Origin: Octopus vulgaris
Lineage: Eukaryota
Length of the DNA: 64,000 nucleotides
Direction of reading: 5' to 3'
Assembly: GCA_951406725.2 (NCBI GenBank)
Contig: OX597832.1
Location: forward strand, 54,870,001 to 54,934,000
Made by a program: the position numbers and the translations under genes. The notes below the pieces were generated by a model, which had not been told where the DNA came from, did no database searches, and saw nothing but the letters and a program-made list of their open reading frames with translations. This document shows, piece by piece, positions 37,731-50,260 of the stretch (positions are counted from its first letter, which is position 1; each line of letters starts with the position of its first letter).

Positions 37731-38756
37731 TTGTTAATTATTAATTATTAAAATAATCCCTCATCAACTTATGACCTCATTATCCATCCCTTGACCCCTA
37801 GTTTTAATTCCGAGGTTTTTGATTCAGTATTGGCAACCGATTTGGTTTGCGTTTTCGTTTTGCTTTCTAATCAATAAACTTGCTCTAATATGAAAATATT
37901 TTCTCAGTTCCGTTTTCTGTGGAGGTTTTTTTTTTTTGCTTTATATTTATTTTTTTAAATCACGTCTTGTGATTTAGGTCACTAATATATTTTGTCTTCA
38001 TTCTAATTCTTCCATCTCAGACTTCTCCGACATTCCATCCAGTATCCCCCTCTCCCGCCATTGTTGCTTCTCAGAAAAATAAGAAAACAATATTCTGATT
38101 CGGAAACATTTGCATTAATCTGCTATTATTTTCTGCAATGCCTTTTTATAAGCATATAGAGGTGATTGTATAGCTATATTTTAATTATGTTTAATCTTCT
38201 TCAACTTTCTGTCCGCTGCGAATTATAGTCGACTATTAGAAGCTGTATTCTAAATACCGCCATTAATTTTATCTTTCTGTCCAATGTAGTCACTTATCTT
38301 CCTATTAAGACAGCAGTGCATTGTGCTTTAATGTCTACAGTTTTGTTCTTAATACTTCTCTAATATTCTTTATATATTTTCTCATTCATTTGTAAGTATT
38401 GTAATCTATTGTTCACCGTTGTTCGTTATTGTTCTTCATTGTTCATCATTGTTCATCATTGTTCGTCTAATCCCAAAAAATCTCAGGACGGCCTTGCTTT
38501 AATGCCCTCATTTCTCTATCTTTAACCATATATTCTGTTTCCTAAACGTTACCTCTTTCCTTTTCTTTTTTTTTTTTTCGAAATATTCTTCGTGAGTTTA
38601 TCTCTTCATTTTTTCCGGTTTTCCTCCCGAGATCCTCGCTCCTGTACGAAACTTCGGTTGCTGATTTTGTTGCGATTATTCGCTTCGATTTTGTTTCTAT
38701 TGAAGAAGACATGAAGACCTTCAACTCATTACTCATGTTACTCTCGATTTTAGAAT

Positions 38757-39000
38757 GAAGCGTGTGGTTTAGTGGTTAGAATTTTAAATTCATGATCCTA
38801 AGATTGTGGTTTCGATACCTGAACCAGGTGATGCGATGTATTCTTGGGCAAAACACTTCATTTCACACTGTTCCAGGCCACTCAGCAGGCAAAAATTAGT
38901 AATCTTGCAACAGACCAGCGTCCCGTCCAGGTGGGGAATATAATTACGCCATTAAGCCGGGAAACCGGCCCTATGGGTTTATATGACTTGAGAAGGGTTC
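38757..39000 (+). mobile_element. tRNA-derived SINE family D (CORE-like body)
   Basis: TGGTTTAGTGGTTAG, GGTTTCGATACC, TTCTTGGGCAAAACACTTCATTTCAC, CGTCCCGTCCAGG, GAAACCGGCCC; also at 49005-49260, 59205-59430 and ~60010-60125 (-). Confidence 0.8.
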
Positions 39001-39006
39001 TTATCC

Positions 39007-40088
39007 TTAGAAAATTACTATTTGTAAATCTCACAACCTGAGGTATTCAGCAACAGTACTTTGTAGTAAAGATTGTTACCAACATAACATGGCAGTCCTG
39101 GTTTGAATGAGAAGAGAAAGAATGAAAAGACAACAAAAGTGAGGAACGAACGCGGAGACCATCAACGAGTAAGGAGGAAAGAATAGAGAAGATAAAGGAA
39201 AATGAAAGAGAGATGATAGCAACACAGAATTAGAGGCAGAGACAGAAATGCCAGCGGCAGTGGAGGGGATTGGTGAGGAGAGAAGGAGAGTGACACCAAA
39301 AGGGAGGAACCTGAGAAGAATGGTGCAATACCCAAAAAATGTAGAGATGGAGAAGAGAATTGCCAAGACGAAGAACGTTATAGGAGTGAAATTAGCGGCC
39401 AAAGAGTGTAACGGAGATTGTAAAGCTTTTTTGTTGGAAAAAGAAAGAGGAGAGAAACTGAAGGAGTTGTTTGGCGAAAGAACAGAGATGACAGGAATAC
39501 ACAATGGCTACGACCAATTGCCGCCGGTGGTGGCCTTCGAAGAGTTAATAGATTATATGTTATAAACCAACAGATACAAGACCGATATGAACTGTTAATT
39601 TAAAAACAGTAAAATGGAACTACCTGCTTATGGGTAGGTAAGCCATTTCATTCTCATTTTCATTATATCCATAATTCATTCGGTATGTGTTTCTATGTAC
39701 CCCAATGCATTGTTCTGCGTGTTTTTGTGTTGTCCCTTCTCTTTTGAGGCCTTGTGTCTAATTAAAGAAATAAGGACTAGTGTTGCTGTAATTTAGCCCC
39801 AGGAGACATCGCCTCCAGCTGGCTATACAACACGATCTGTGTCCTTATAGTTCTTTTGAACAAGGGAATCTAGCACTCTCACCCAGCTCAAAACAATATC
39901 TGTGTTCGAAAATATAAGGACACAGATCGTGTCATATAGCCAGCTGTAGACGATGTCTCCTGGGGTTAAATTACAGCAACATTCGTCCTAAACCAGGACT
40001 GCCATGTTATGTTGGCAAACAATCTTTAATACAAAGTACTGTTGCTGAATATCTCAGGTTGTGAAATTTAAAAATGATAATTTTCTAA
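39007..40088. mobile_element. Foldback element with ~190-bp inverted arms, left arm interrupted
   Basis: 39007-39104 joined to 39773-39862 is the reverse complement of 39903-40088; extra partial copy at ~40214-40304. Confidence 0.85.
39105..39772 (+). mobile_element. 5'-truncated retroelement, homolog of the 1.7-3.5 kb array units (ORF remnant 39248-39565)
   Basis: MVQYPKNVEMEKRIAKTKNVIGVKL...LKELFGERTE...YDQLPPVVAFEEL*, shared 3'UTR, tail GGCCTTGTGTCTAATTAAAGAAA; splits GTCCTGGTTT^AGGAC of the host arm. Confidence 0.75.
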
Positions 40089-40304
40089 TTTATAAATCAG
40101 TGACTAGTTGTCACTTTGAAAACTATATATTTTCCGAACGGGAATTTAGCAGCGCCGCCTCTGTCCGAACAATTATTCTGTGTTGATGAAGGGAAACAAC
40201 CAAGAAATCGCGATACACAGATATTGTTTTGAGCTGAGTTGGGATGCTAGATTCCCTTGTTCGAAAATATAAGGACACAGATCGTGTCGTATAGCCAGCT
40301 GGAG

Positions 40305-40880
40305 CAATTTTAAGCAGAGGGATCAGATCGATTACATGGACTCCACTACTTGACTGGTATTTTATTATTTTATTTCATCGAACTCGAACCGATGAAAGGC
40401 AAAATTGTCCTCGCCTTGATTTGAGTTCAGGGCGTAAAAACTCGGAAGAAATACCGTTAGGCATTTTGTCCGATGTGCTAACGATTATGCCGACTCGCCA
40501 CCTTTATTTTCGCCAATACTGATAAAAAGGATATTCGCCTTGAAGTTTTCGGGGGTCCGCTTGTCACCCTTTTTATTTATACTGTTGTAAGCAGCATGAA
40601 GACCCAGTCTTTTGCGGTTATTTTTGTTTGTCTGTTTTCCATTTTCCATTAAATATTGGTTTCAAATTTTGGCACAAGGCCAGCAATTTCAGAGGGGTGG
40701 GCTAGGTCGATTACGTCGATCAGTTCATGACTGGTACTTATTTTATCGATCCCCCCCCCCCCCCGAATGGAGTGAAAGGCAAAATCGAACCTCGACTGAA
40801 TTCGAACTCGGAATGGAGAGACGAACGAAATGCCGCTAAGCATTTCGCCCGGCGTGCTAACAATTCTGCCAGCTCATCGC
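40305..40880 (-). mobile_element. Two diverged SINE-A copies
   Basis: Family motifs. Confidence 0.78.
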
Positions 40881-41461
40881 TTTATCTTTTTTTATTTACC
40901 TTAAATATTATGTATAATATACTAACCATGTAGTCTCCTCCTCCTCCTCCTCCTGCTCTTAGTACTTCAGTGTTGACGACATCTAAACCAGGTGTTTTGT
41001 GGTTTATCATTTGCAACGTAAATATATATTTCTGTTTTGTTGTCACCAGTGTAACGAGTTGATTGCATTGAGAAGTAAATGAAAGCACAGAGAAGTGCAT
41101 GTGAAGTTCCGCATACAAAAATATTTATTTACTCTTAAACAAAACAATGTATTGTTGTTACGATCGACAATGAAAAATAAATGTCTACCGCAGTTAAAAA
41201 GTTCAACAGTTTTGAACAGATTGTTGAGTGTCAAAAACGACAGTCGCTGTGAATGGTGACTGTTCTAGAAATTGAATGGCTCAAGCCGTGAGCCACAACT
41301 GGCTTTTAGCGGACAGACAATTCCATATAGAGGTAAAGGCTCAGCTAAGGGAAAATGGCGTCAAAAACAAAATGTCAATGACAGCATGCCTGTACCAGAG
41401 ATTCGAATCGTCAGTTGATTGCTGACATCATCAACCACTGAACAAATTGTGCTAGTGTTGA

Positions 41462-42258
41462 TGCAGTGATTTCTACAGGATATTTGATTGGCCAGTTGTT
41501 TGTTGATGTTATCAATCTCTAACAATCTCTAACAAAGCCCCAGTAGTGTCATTACGCTCGAAAAGAATGATACGGATTCAGTTGTTATTTCGGACTCTGC
41601 CAAATATTCCAGCCGCACGTTCATTTTATGGTCATTTCTATTTCTTCGCTACCCAAAACGGCTAGAGAATCCTGGAGTTTTGAAATATCTTCTGGATTTT
41701 CTTGTAACTTAGTGTAAAAGGGTTGTTCGAAATGCTCTTCTAGATTTGTATAGAAATATGTATTATCATCTTTATTATTGGTTACACTGTATACTTTCAC
41801 TGTTCTTTCTTTCCGTTTCACAGACAGACGTGAAAAAAACGTTGTGATTATTATTGTTGCAGTGATTTCTACAGGATATTTGATTGGCCAGTTATGTGTT
41901 GATGTTATCAATCTCTAACAAAGCCCCGGTTGTGTCATTACGCTCGAACAGAGTGATATGGGTTCAGTTTCTAAGCAGTGAGTCGGTATTTCGGACTCTG
42001 CCAAATATTCCTGCAGCACGTTCATTTTATTTTCATTTCTGTTTCTTCGCTACCCAAAACGGATAGAGAATCCTGGCCTTTTGAAATATCTCCTGGATTT
42101 TCTTGTAACTTAGTGTAAAAGGGTTGTTCGAAATTATCTTCTAGATTTGTATAGAAATATGTATTACCGTCTTTATTATTGGTTACACTGTATACCTTCT
42201 CTGTTCTTTCTTTCCGTTTCACAGACAGACGTGAAAAAAAGTTGCGATTATTATTGTT
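41462..42258. repeat. Tandem duplication of a ~400-bp unique segment (41462-41857 and ~41859-42258)
   Basis: Both units start TGCAGTGATTTCTACAGGATATTTGATTGGCCAG and end ...GTGAAAAAAA.GTTG.GATTATTATTGT; substitutions and small indels between copies. Confidence 0.93.
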
Positions 42259-42900
42259 CTTGAAGCTTTTAGTAGTCCATAAAGTTCGTCTTGTAAGCTT
42301 TTGTTCTTTTGTGTTTTAAATGTTATTTTGAGGTACTTTGTTCATTCCTTTGTATCGTTCGATACTGACAATATCGTCTGGTTTATTCAGCTTTTCCGTT
42401 GTTCATACACAGCTTCTTCTCTCACTTTGTATGTCGTTTCTATGAATGACTCTAACACTTTGTCTATGTCACTCTGTCTCGAGCTGAAACAAAGGTGTGA
42501 CAATACCCCACCTGTTTGTATTTGAAATTTCCGTAGCAGATATTTTATGAGCTATTTTTTCCACATCATATCGTTTTTACTACCGTTTATATTCTATTTT
42601 GCTTCTTTTCGTGCTTTTTCAGAATTTACCGAGAGAAGAAAATGATCAGAACCTATCTAACCTGAATGTTATGTTCTACTGTTCTTTTTGGTTTTGTCGT
42701 CCTTTTTTCTTTTTTCTTTTCCTTGCTTGTTATTTCCAAGTGATACCCGTGTTACCCGTATGTTCATTGAGAGGGAGAGCAGGTTACATTTTAACGCGAG
42801 ACCATTTATTACACAGAACCGCAGCAGTTTTAAACTACGCTCATTTCATTTCCTAAGTCCATATTTTCTCCCAATATTTACCTAGTTCAGTTCTTACATT

Positions 42901-43284
42901 GGAAGCACTCCGTCGGATACGACGACGAGGGTTCCGGTTGATCCGATCAACGGAACAGCCTGCTCGTGAAATTAACGTGTAAGTGGCTGAGCACTCCACA
43001 GACACGTGTACCCTTAACGTAGTTCTCGGGCATATTCAGCGTGACACAGAGTGTGACAAGGCCGGCCCTTTGAAATACAGGTACAACAGAAACAGGAAGT
43101 AAGAGTGAGAGAAAGTTGTGATGAAAGAGTACAGCAGGGATCACCACCACCCCCTGTCGGAGCCTCGTGGAGCTTTGGGTGTTTTCGCTCAATAAACACT
43201 CACAACGCCCGGTCTGGGAATCGAAACCGCGATCCTACGACCGCGAGTCCGCTGCCCTAACCACTGGGCCATTGCGCCTCCACT
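42901..43284 (-). mobile_element. Full-length SINE-C with 12-bp TSD
   Basis: AGTTCTTACATT at 42889-42900 and 43285-43296. Confidence 0.95.
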
Positions 43285-43668
43285 AGTTCTTACATTAGCT
43301 TTCTCTTAAATTAGTCTTGAAATCTCCATTGGACACATAATAGCTGTCCCGTAGGAACTGGTACATTTTTCATGCCACCCGTCAAAGAATTCATCTGACA
43401 CTTTGTCATTACAACTTGAGTTTGAGGCGAAGGTTTGAAAAGTTGTTACCATCTTACTTATAGCATTGAAAAAGATCCTCATCGATCCCTCCTAGTTACA
43501 AGCCCGAGACTTTTGCAATCTTTTTTTTCTCTGATAACATAGTTACTCCTTGTCTTTTTGCATTCTGTGTTCTATACGATTAAATGATATCGTGCTTTTT
43601 CACTTCAAAGACTTGCGTTATGCTTGAATCCCCAAATTTGCTCAAATATATCAAGAACATTTATTTAG

Positions 43669-43940
43669 AAGGCGGTGAGCTTGCAGAAACGTTAGCACGC
43701 CGGGCGAAATGCTTAGCGGTAGTAAAGAAATGCTTGTGGGTAGTAAAGAAATAGATATTTCGTCTGCCGCAACGTTCACAGTTCAAATTCCGCCGAGTTC
43801 GCCTTTGCCTTTCATCCTTTCGGGGGCCGATTAAATAAGTACCAGTTACGCACTGGGGTCGATATAATAGACTGAACCCGTTTCTCTGTTCTTGTTTGTC
43901 CCCTCTGTGTGTAGCCCCTTGTGGGCAGTAAAGAAATAAG
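43669..43940 (+). mobile_element. SINE-A with internal rearrangement
   Basis: Family motifs; junction sequence duplicated after the head. Confidence 0.85.
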
Positions 43941-44440
43941 AACATGTATTTTGAGGTCCGTCGTTTTGTTGACTGGTGATTCTAGATAATATCCGTTGTT
44001 AAGGGTTCTCATATTCCTCGTAGTGATAAATAGCTCCTACTGGAGTAATTTTAGTGCCTTTTACACTTACGAACCTTTGGGACATAGTGCAATTGGTTTG
44101 GCTGTTCCTCCGGAATTTAAACTCAAAACGTAAAGACGAACGAAATGCCGCGAAGCATTTTGTCCGGCATGATAACGATTTCGCTAGATTAGGTTTTCAA
44201 AATAGAAAAAAATTATTCTTTCTCCGTCAGCACAATAGCGTATTTATTTTGCTCTGCACAAAATCGACACAAAAGTAAGTTTCAGATATCTTTAGATCAT
44301 AAGTGTGTGAACAGATTTGATTAAACAGGAAAAATCTGATACCATTACTTGTAGTCAAGCTTTGTTATATTTTGGGATGGTCTTTTTTTTTCTCATTGCC
44401 AAATAAACACCTGCATTATTATTCGTTTTTCACTTCAGAT

Positions 44441-44670
44441 TTATTATTGTTCATATTTTAGTGTCGTTTGTCTGGATACTTTTAGTCACACATCCTGTGA
44501 CCTCTTCAGCGACTCTTTATCCCATGTGTCTCCTTCTGTTCTGTTTAGTCCATTCTGTCTTTTTAAACAGAACAGGAGGGGACACATGTGATGGAGAGTC
44601 GCTGAAGAGGTCACAGAATGTGTGACGAAAGATTTTCAGGCAAGCGACACTAAAATAGGAAAAATAATAA
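44441..44670. mobile_element. ~230-bp hairpin, inverted Penelope-like termini with hammerhead-like cores
   Basis: Arms are reverse complements around a ~15-nt loop; right arm GTCG-CTGAAGA-GGTCACA-GAATG-TGTGAC-GAAA...CGAC. Confidence 0.6.
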
Positions 44671-45370
44671 ATACTAAGAATGAACCCTATCGCTCTGAAA
44701 AATTAAGTAAAAAAAAAAAAAAACACAGGAAAAATAATCCAGAATCCTTGTCCGGTACCGGATCGATCCTAAAATCTAATCAGTTCATGTCAGTCACGAG
44801 GCCAACAACCCTGAAAGTTTCATCTGAATCCATCCAGCAGTTCTTGAGAGATCTTGTCCACGAATAAACAAACCAACGAACAAACGCGACTGAAGACATT
44901 ACCTCCGCCTTAGCGGCATCGATCTAATCGACTGGCCCTCTCCCCAAAAATTTCGGGCCTTATGCCTTGTGTAGAAAATAATATCATTGCTGAGTAGTTT
45001 CACAGATACGCGGATTGATTCCAAAACGTTTTGAGGCCTGGCTATGACCCCTTTGACGGTAGTACCAAACTATCGTTTCATTTGATTATCTCTTATGTTG
45101 GACTTATAATATTTTGAACACCCTCTTGTGTATTTAATTATCCGTTTTATATTAATTAAATGAAGACACTGGACCAGACGATGGACACTTTAATTCTATT
45201 TCCCTTAACATTTGACTTTTATACTCTATATTTATTTAATAAATTAAGTTATACGATGGGGAAAGAGAAGAGGACAGAGTGAGGGAGAGAAGGAGAGAGA
45301 GGGGGAGTGACTGGGGGTGGGAGAGAGGGAGAAATAGAAATAGATCGATTGGTAGATAAAAGTAGACTAC

Positions 45371-45417
<47 letters not shown>

Positions 45418-45460
45418 GATAGATAGATAGATAGATAGATAGAGAGCGAGACAGATAGAT

Positions 45461-45893
45461 ATGTTTCTTTATTAGCCACACAGGGTTGCACACAGAAGGA
45501 ACAGATTACAAAGTAGAGCTTTTCTTTTTTTGGAAAAAAAAAGGGTGGGGTAGGTTTTCGATCAAAAGGGATCGTAAAAGGGAAAGAAGAAAAAAAAAGA
45601 AAAAAGAAAAAGAAACAAAAGAAAAGAAAAAAGAAAAAAAGAAGAAAAAGAAAGGAAAGAAGGGGAAAAAGAAAAATGCGATCAATAGAGATCGTGTATC
45701 ACAGTGTCATGATGTACGGTGTAAAGGGGGAAGCAGATAAGGTTTATCCGTGGGAAGAAAAGCCTACGGAAAAGACCACGGTAACCTCGGTAAAATATTG
45801 TTACATGTTACCACATTTGTTTGCGAGTGGGTAACCCTCTGTTTTCAATTTCTGGGTTCATAGGATTATGCTCAAGGTAGCTTCGTCATTCAT
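45461..45893 (-). mobile_element. Tx1/L1-like retrotransposon 3' end inserted in (GATA)n
   Basis: ORF end [11 protein letters not shown] (45893-45858), U-rich 3'UTR, tail CCCTGTGTGGCTAATAAAGAAAC; (GATA)n on both flanks (45370-45460, 45894-46181). Clade assignment is from recall. Confidence 0.6.
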
Positions 45894-45921
45894 TAGATAG
45901 ATAGGTAGGTAGGTAGGTAGG

Positions 45922-46024
<103 letters not shown>

Positions 46025-46095
46025 GGCAGACAGGCAAATAGATAGATAGAGAGAGAGAGACAGAGGGTCAGACAGACAGACAAACACACAGACAA

Positions 46096-46181
<86 letters not shown>

Positions 46182-46394
46182 CATGCATGGCTCGTCTGCG
46201 TTTTGTTGTAGCGAAGGTCACGCTCAACCAATCAATATTTTTTTTCCAGTCTATAGATTAAAATATGTTTTTCTCAAGATAATTAATTCTTCGCTTTATG
46301 GTTTAATGAGTAATTAATCCAATATTCCCAAGCTCAATAAACAGATTTGACGAAATTGCCTACATTTGCGGAGAAATAAAAAAATGGTATTCTT

Positions 46395-46798
46395 TTATTG
46401 GTTTCAGTCATTTGACTGCGGTCATGCTGGAGCAGCGCCTTTTTAGTCGGACAAATCAAACCCGGGGCTTATTCTTTGTAAGTCTTGTACTTACTCTATC
46501 GGTCTCTTTTTGCCGAACCGCTTGGTGACCGGTACGTAAATACACCAACATCGGTTGTCAAGCGATGGTGGAGGGACAAACAGACACAAATATCAAATAC
46601 ATACATACATACAGACATACATACATACATAAATACATACATATATACATAGATATATACATACATGCATATATACATATATACATACATATATATATAC
46701 ATATATATATACATACATACATACATACATACATACATACATGCATACATATATATACATATATGTATATACACACATATATACATACATATATATAT

Positions 46799-46829
<31 letters not shown>

Positions 46830-46846
46830 CACATATATACATACAT

Positions 46847-46923
<77 letters not shown>

Positions 46924-47289
46924 CGACGGGCATCGCCCAAGGTGCCATGCAGTGGGAATGAGCCCGGAACCATGTGGTTGGTAAGCAAGCTTCTTACCAC
47001 GCAGCCACTCTTGCGTTATCTTTTATCGAGGTGTACCGCCTCGAAGAATATTAGTCGGACGAATTCGAGACCAGCACTTATTTTGTTTTGAAGTCTGCTA
47101 CTTATTCTATTGATATCTTGTGTCGAACCGCTAAGTTACAGTGACGTAAGCAAGCCAACAATGGGGTCAAGCCATGGTGTTGCACAGATACAAATGAAAA
47201 GACATACACTTACATACAAACACTTCATACTTACATACTTACATACTTCCTGTCCGTGGTATGTAAATTCCAATAGGAGTTTATATATT

Positions 47290-47333
<44 letters not shown>

Positions 47334-47400
47334 CACAAACGCACACGACGGGCTTCCACACCGTTTCCGTTAATCAAATTCTCTCACAACGCATTTGTCT
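46395..47400 (-). mobile_element. Two SINE-B copies, the first with a ~330-bp internal microsatellite expansion
   Basis: Family motifs flank the (CATA)/(TA) tract. Confidence 0.85.
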
Positions 47401-47430
47401 TCTATAATTGCCTGGCGCTATTATAGGATA

Positions 47431-47813
47431 GGAGCACTCCGTCGGTTACGACGATGAGGGTCCCAGCTGATACGATCAACGGAACAGCTTGCTCGTGGAA
47501 TTAACGTGCAAGTGGCTGAGCATTCCACAGACACGTGTACCCTTAACGTAGTTCTCGAGGAGATTCAGCGTGACACAGAGTGTGACAAGGCTGGCCCTTT
47601 GAAATACAGGTACAACAGAAACAGGAAGAAAGAGTGAGAGAAAGTTGTGGTGAAAGAGTACAGCAGGGTTCACCACCACCACCTGCAGGAGCCTTGTGAA
47701 GCTTTAGTTGTTTTTTAGCTCAATAAACACTCACAATGCCCGGTCTGGGAATCGAAACCGCGATCCTACGACCGCGAGTCCGCTGCTCTAACCACTGGGC
47801 CATTGCGCCTCCA
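47431..47813 (-). mobile_element. Full-length SINE-C
   Basis: As at 42901. Confidence 0.92.
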
Positions 47814-48153
47814 CGGCGCTATTATACAAGACAATTGTCCAAGGTACAGTGCAGCGAGGGCTGAACCCGAACCCGCATGATTACAAAACAAAGCTTGTTG
47901 ACCAAACAGCCATGCCTGAGCCTGTAGCTGTTCTTTCGTGAATTCGGTTCTGCCCATTTTTTAGAACCCTTCATGTTTTTTTTTTATTCTTTTTATCTTA
48001 CATAAGATGTTGTTGATGTCGTTGGTGTTCATCGGATAAAGTTACGCAATCTAGTTTTGCAATTTATTTTTTTCTCTTTCTGTTTTCCTATTATAGAATT
48101 TGTGAGCTTGAATTATTTGTTTCTACGAAGGTTTGACTGTTTTTTGCTACCAG

Positions 48154-48205
48154 ATCAAGAAAGCACTTGGAGACTCCTGAGCTAAATTGCTGGTTGAAGT
48201 GTCAG
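48154..48205 (+). other. Candidate 52-nt exon
   Basis: tgtttttttgctacCAG acceptor and CAG|GTGAGA donor in unique sequence; one frame reads SRKHLETPELNCWLKCQ. Confidence 0.18.
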
Positions 48206-49315
48206 GTGAGATGAAGCTACAACTTCCCACTAAAACCTGGCCAGTAATTCGGTATCAATTCCCATTTGTAAACCACCTGTTATGCATCGTTAATTTACTG
48301 CGAAAAATGTGCGTAATCTCACAGCTTTCTCCATTCGTTCTTCATAATATAAAACTACTGGTGGGCGGTTACTTTGCCAAATCTGTGGAGCTTGACCGAC
48401 TTGCAGCCAATGTCGCGGGCAATGTTGGCAAATCTCCATTGCTTTTTGCTGCTCACGTCTATAGTCTGTAGTTTGTAACAACCTGTCCTTTATAAGTTTC
48501 CACAAAGGAGATGAGAGTGCGTGAATATAGCTGAAGAAGAATGTAAACGATATTTATTCGTTAGTTATTTAGTAATAATAGCTATCTCTCTGAGGCATTG
48601 ATGTTTAAATCTTTCTTTTATTTCTCCCTCTTTCTTCGTTTTTGTTTGTTTGTTTTTTTTCTTACTTTAGTATTGCTGAAAATAGTCCTGTCTTTGACAA
48701 ATCAATATCAAAGATATATTCTTATTTTGGTCTGGCTTTAGTTAAGAGACTTATCATATAATTTGAAGAAAACGTAAATATGTTTAGCATCTCAGAAAAA
48801 CTCATGAGAACTGGTGCTTTTCTCTGAAAGACATGAATTTTCTCCTGGATAAATCGATAGTCTGCCAAACGTAAATACACCTCCGAAAATCTCTGCAGTT
48901 TAGTGAAGTGAAATGAGACACGTAGAATTGTCGGCTGTCTTGTGACTAAACGGAAAATGGATTAAAACACAATAGATAAACGTCGATAATTCAATTGGGG
49001 AGTGAAGGCGCGAGGCTTAGCGGTTACAATGTCGGAATTACAATCGCAAGATCGTGCTTTCGGTTCCCGGTCTGGGTGGTGCGTTCGGTTCTCGAACAAA
49101 ACACTTCATTTCACGTTGCGCCAGTCAACTCTGCTGTAAATGAGTAACTCTGCGACGGACTGGCGTCCCGTCCAGGGGGAAGTGGTGTCATCTCATTCAC
49201 TTTAGCTTATACCTCCACTGAAACCGGGCAACCATGCCTACGAGTTCTAGGGCCCAAAACAGAAAAGTATAGGGGTTATCTTACTTCCGCTGTTATCGTC
49301 TCATCCATTCTATAC

Positions 49316-49393
<78 letters not shown>

Positions 49394-49444
49394 ATACACA
49401 CACGTACGCACGCACTTACGCATAGGCACACACATACTCACACG

Positions 49445-50260
49445 TGTCTATGTTTGTCCTCCACCACCGCTTCACAACCGGTTTGGGTGAGTTTGCGTCC
49501 CCGTAACTTAGCGGCTCGGTAAAAGCGACCGATAGAATAAGTATAAGGCTTCACAATAAATAAGTCCGGGGTCGATTTGTTCGACTAACACCCTTCAAGA
49601 CAGTGAGCTCAGAACGTAGCGGTAGACGAAATACCTATTTCTTTACTACCCACAAGGGGCTAAACACAGAGAGGACAAACAAGGACAGACAAACGGATTA
49701 AGTCGATTATATCGACCCCAGTGCGTAACTGGTACTTGTTTAATCGACTCCGAAAGGATGAAAGGCAAAGTCGACCTCGGCGGAATTTGAACTCAGAAAG
49801 TAACGGCAGACGAAATACTGCTAAGCATTTCGCCCGGCGTGCTAACGTTTCTGCCAGCTCGCCGCCCTTAGTAATAATCTTTTCTTCTCTAGGCACAGGG
49901 GAGTGGGTCAGTCGATTAGATTGACCCCGGTACGCAACTGGTACTTAATTTATCGACCCCGAAAGGATGAAAGGCAAAGTCGACCTCGGCTGAATTTGAA
50001 CTCAGAACGTAGCGGCAGACGAAATGCCTATTTCTTTACTACCCGCAAGGGGCTACACACAGAGGGGACAAACAAGGACAGACACACGGATTAAGTCGAT
50101 TATATCGACCCCAGTGTGTAACTGGTACTTATTTAATCGACCCCGAAAGGATGAAAGGCAAACTTGATCGGCGGACTTTGAACTCAGAACGCAACGGTAG
50201 ACGAAATACGGCTACGCATTTCGCCCGGCGTGCTAACGTTTCTGCCAGCTTGCCGCCCTT
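49445..50260. mobile_element. SINE-B tail (+) followed by SINE-A multimers (-)
   Basis: Family motifs. Confidence 0.88.

Noticed and set aside
37990-38736. Purine-rich minus-strand coding-like stretch (MSNELKVF...)
   Set aside because: Many stops and no recognisable motif; possibly an old TE relic but cannot be supported.
42901-43284. SINE heads as genuine tRNA genes
   Set aside because: A/B boxes are present but run directly into SINE bodies with TSDs; no complete cloverleaf followed by a T-run terminator.
48290-48531. Minus-strand candidate exon (WKLIKDRLLQ...CQHCPRHW)
   Set aside because: No recognisable domain, weak donor and no partner exons.
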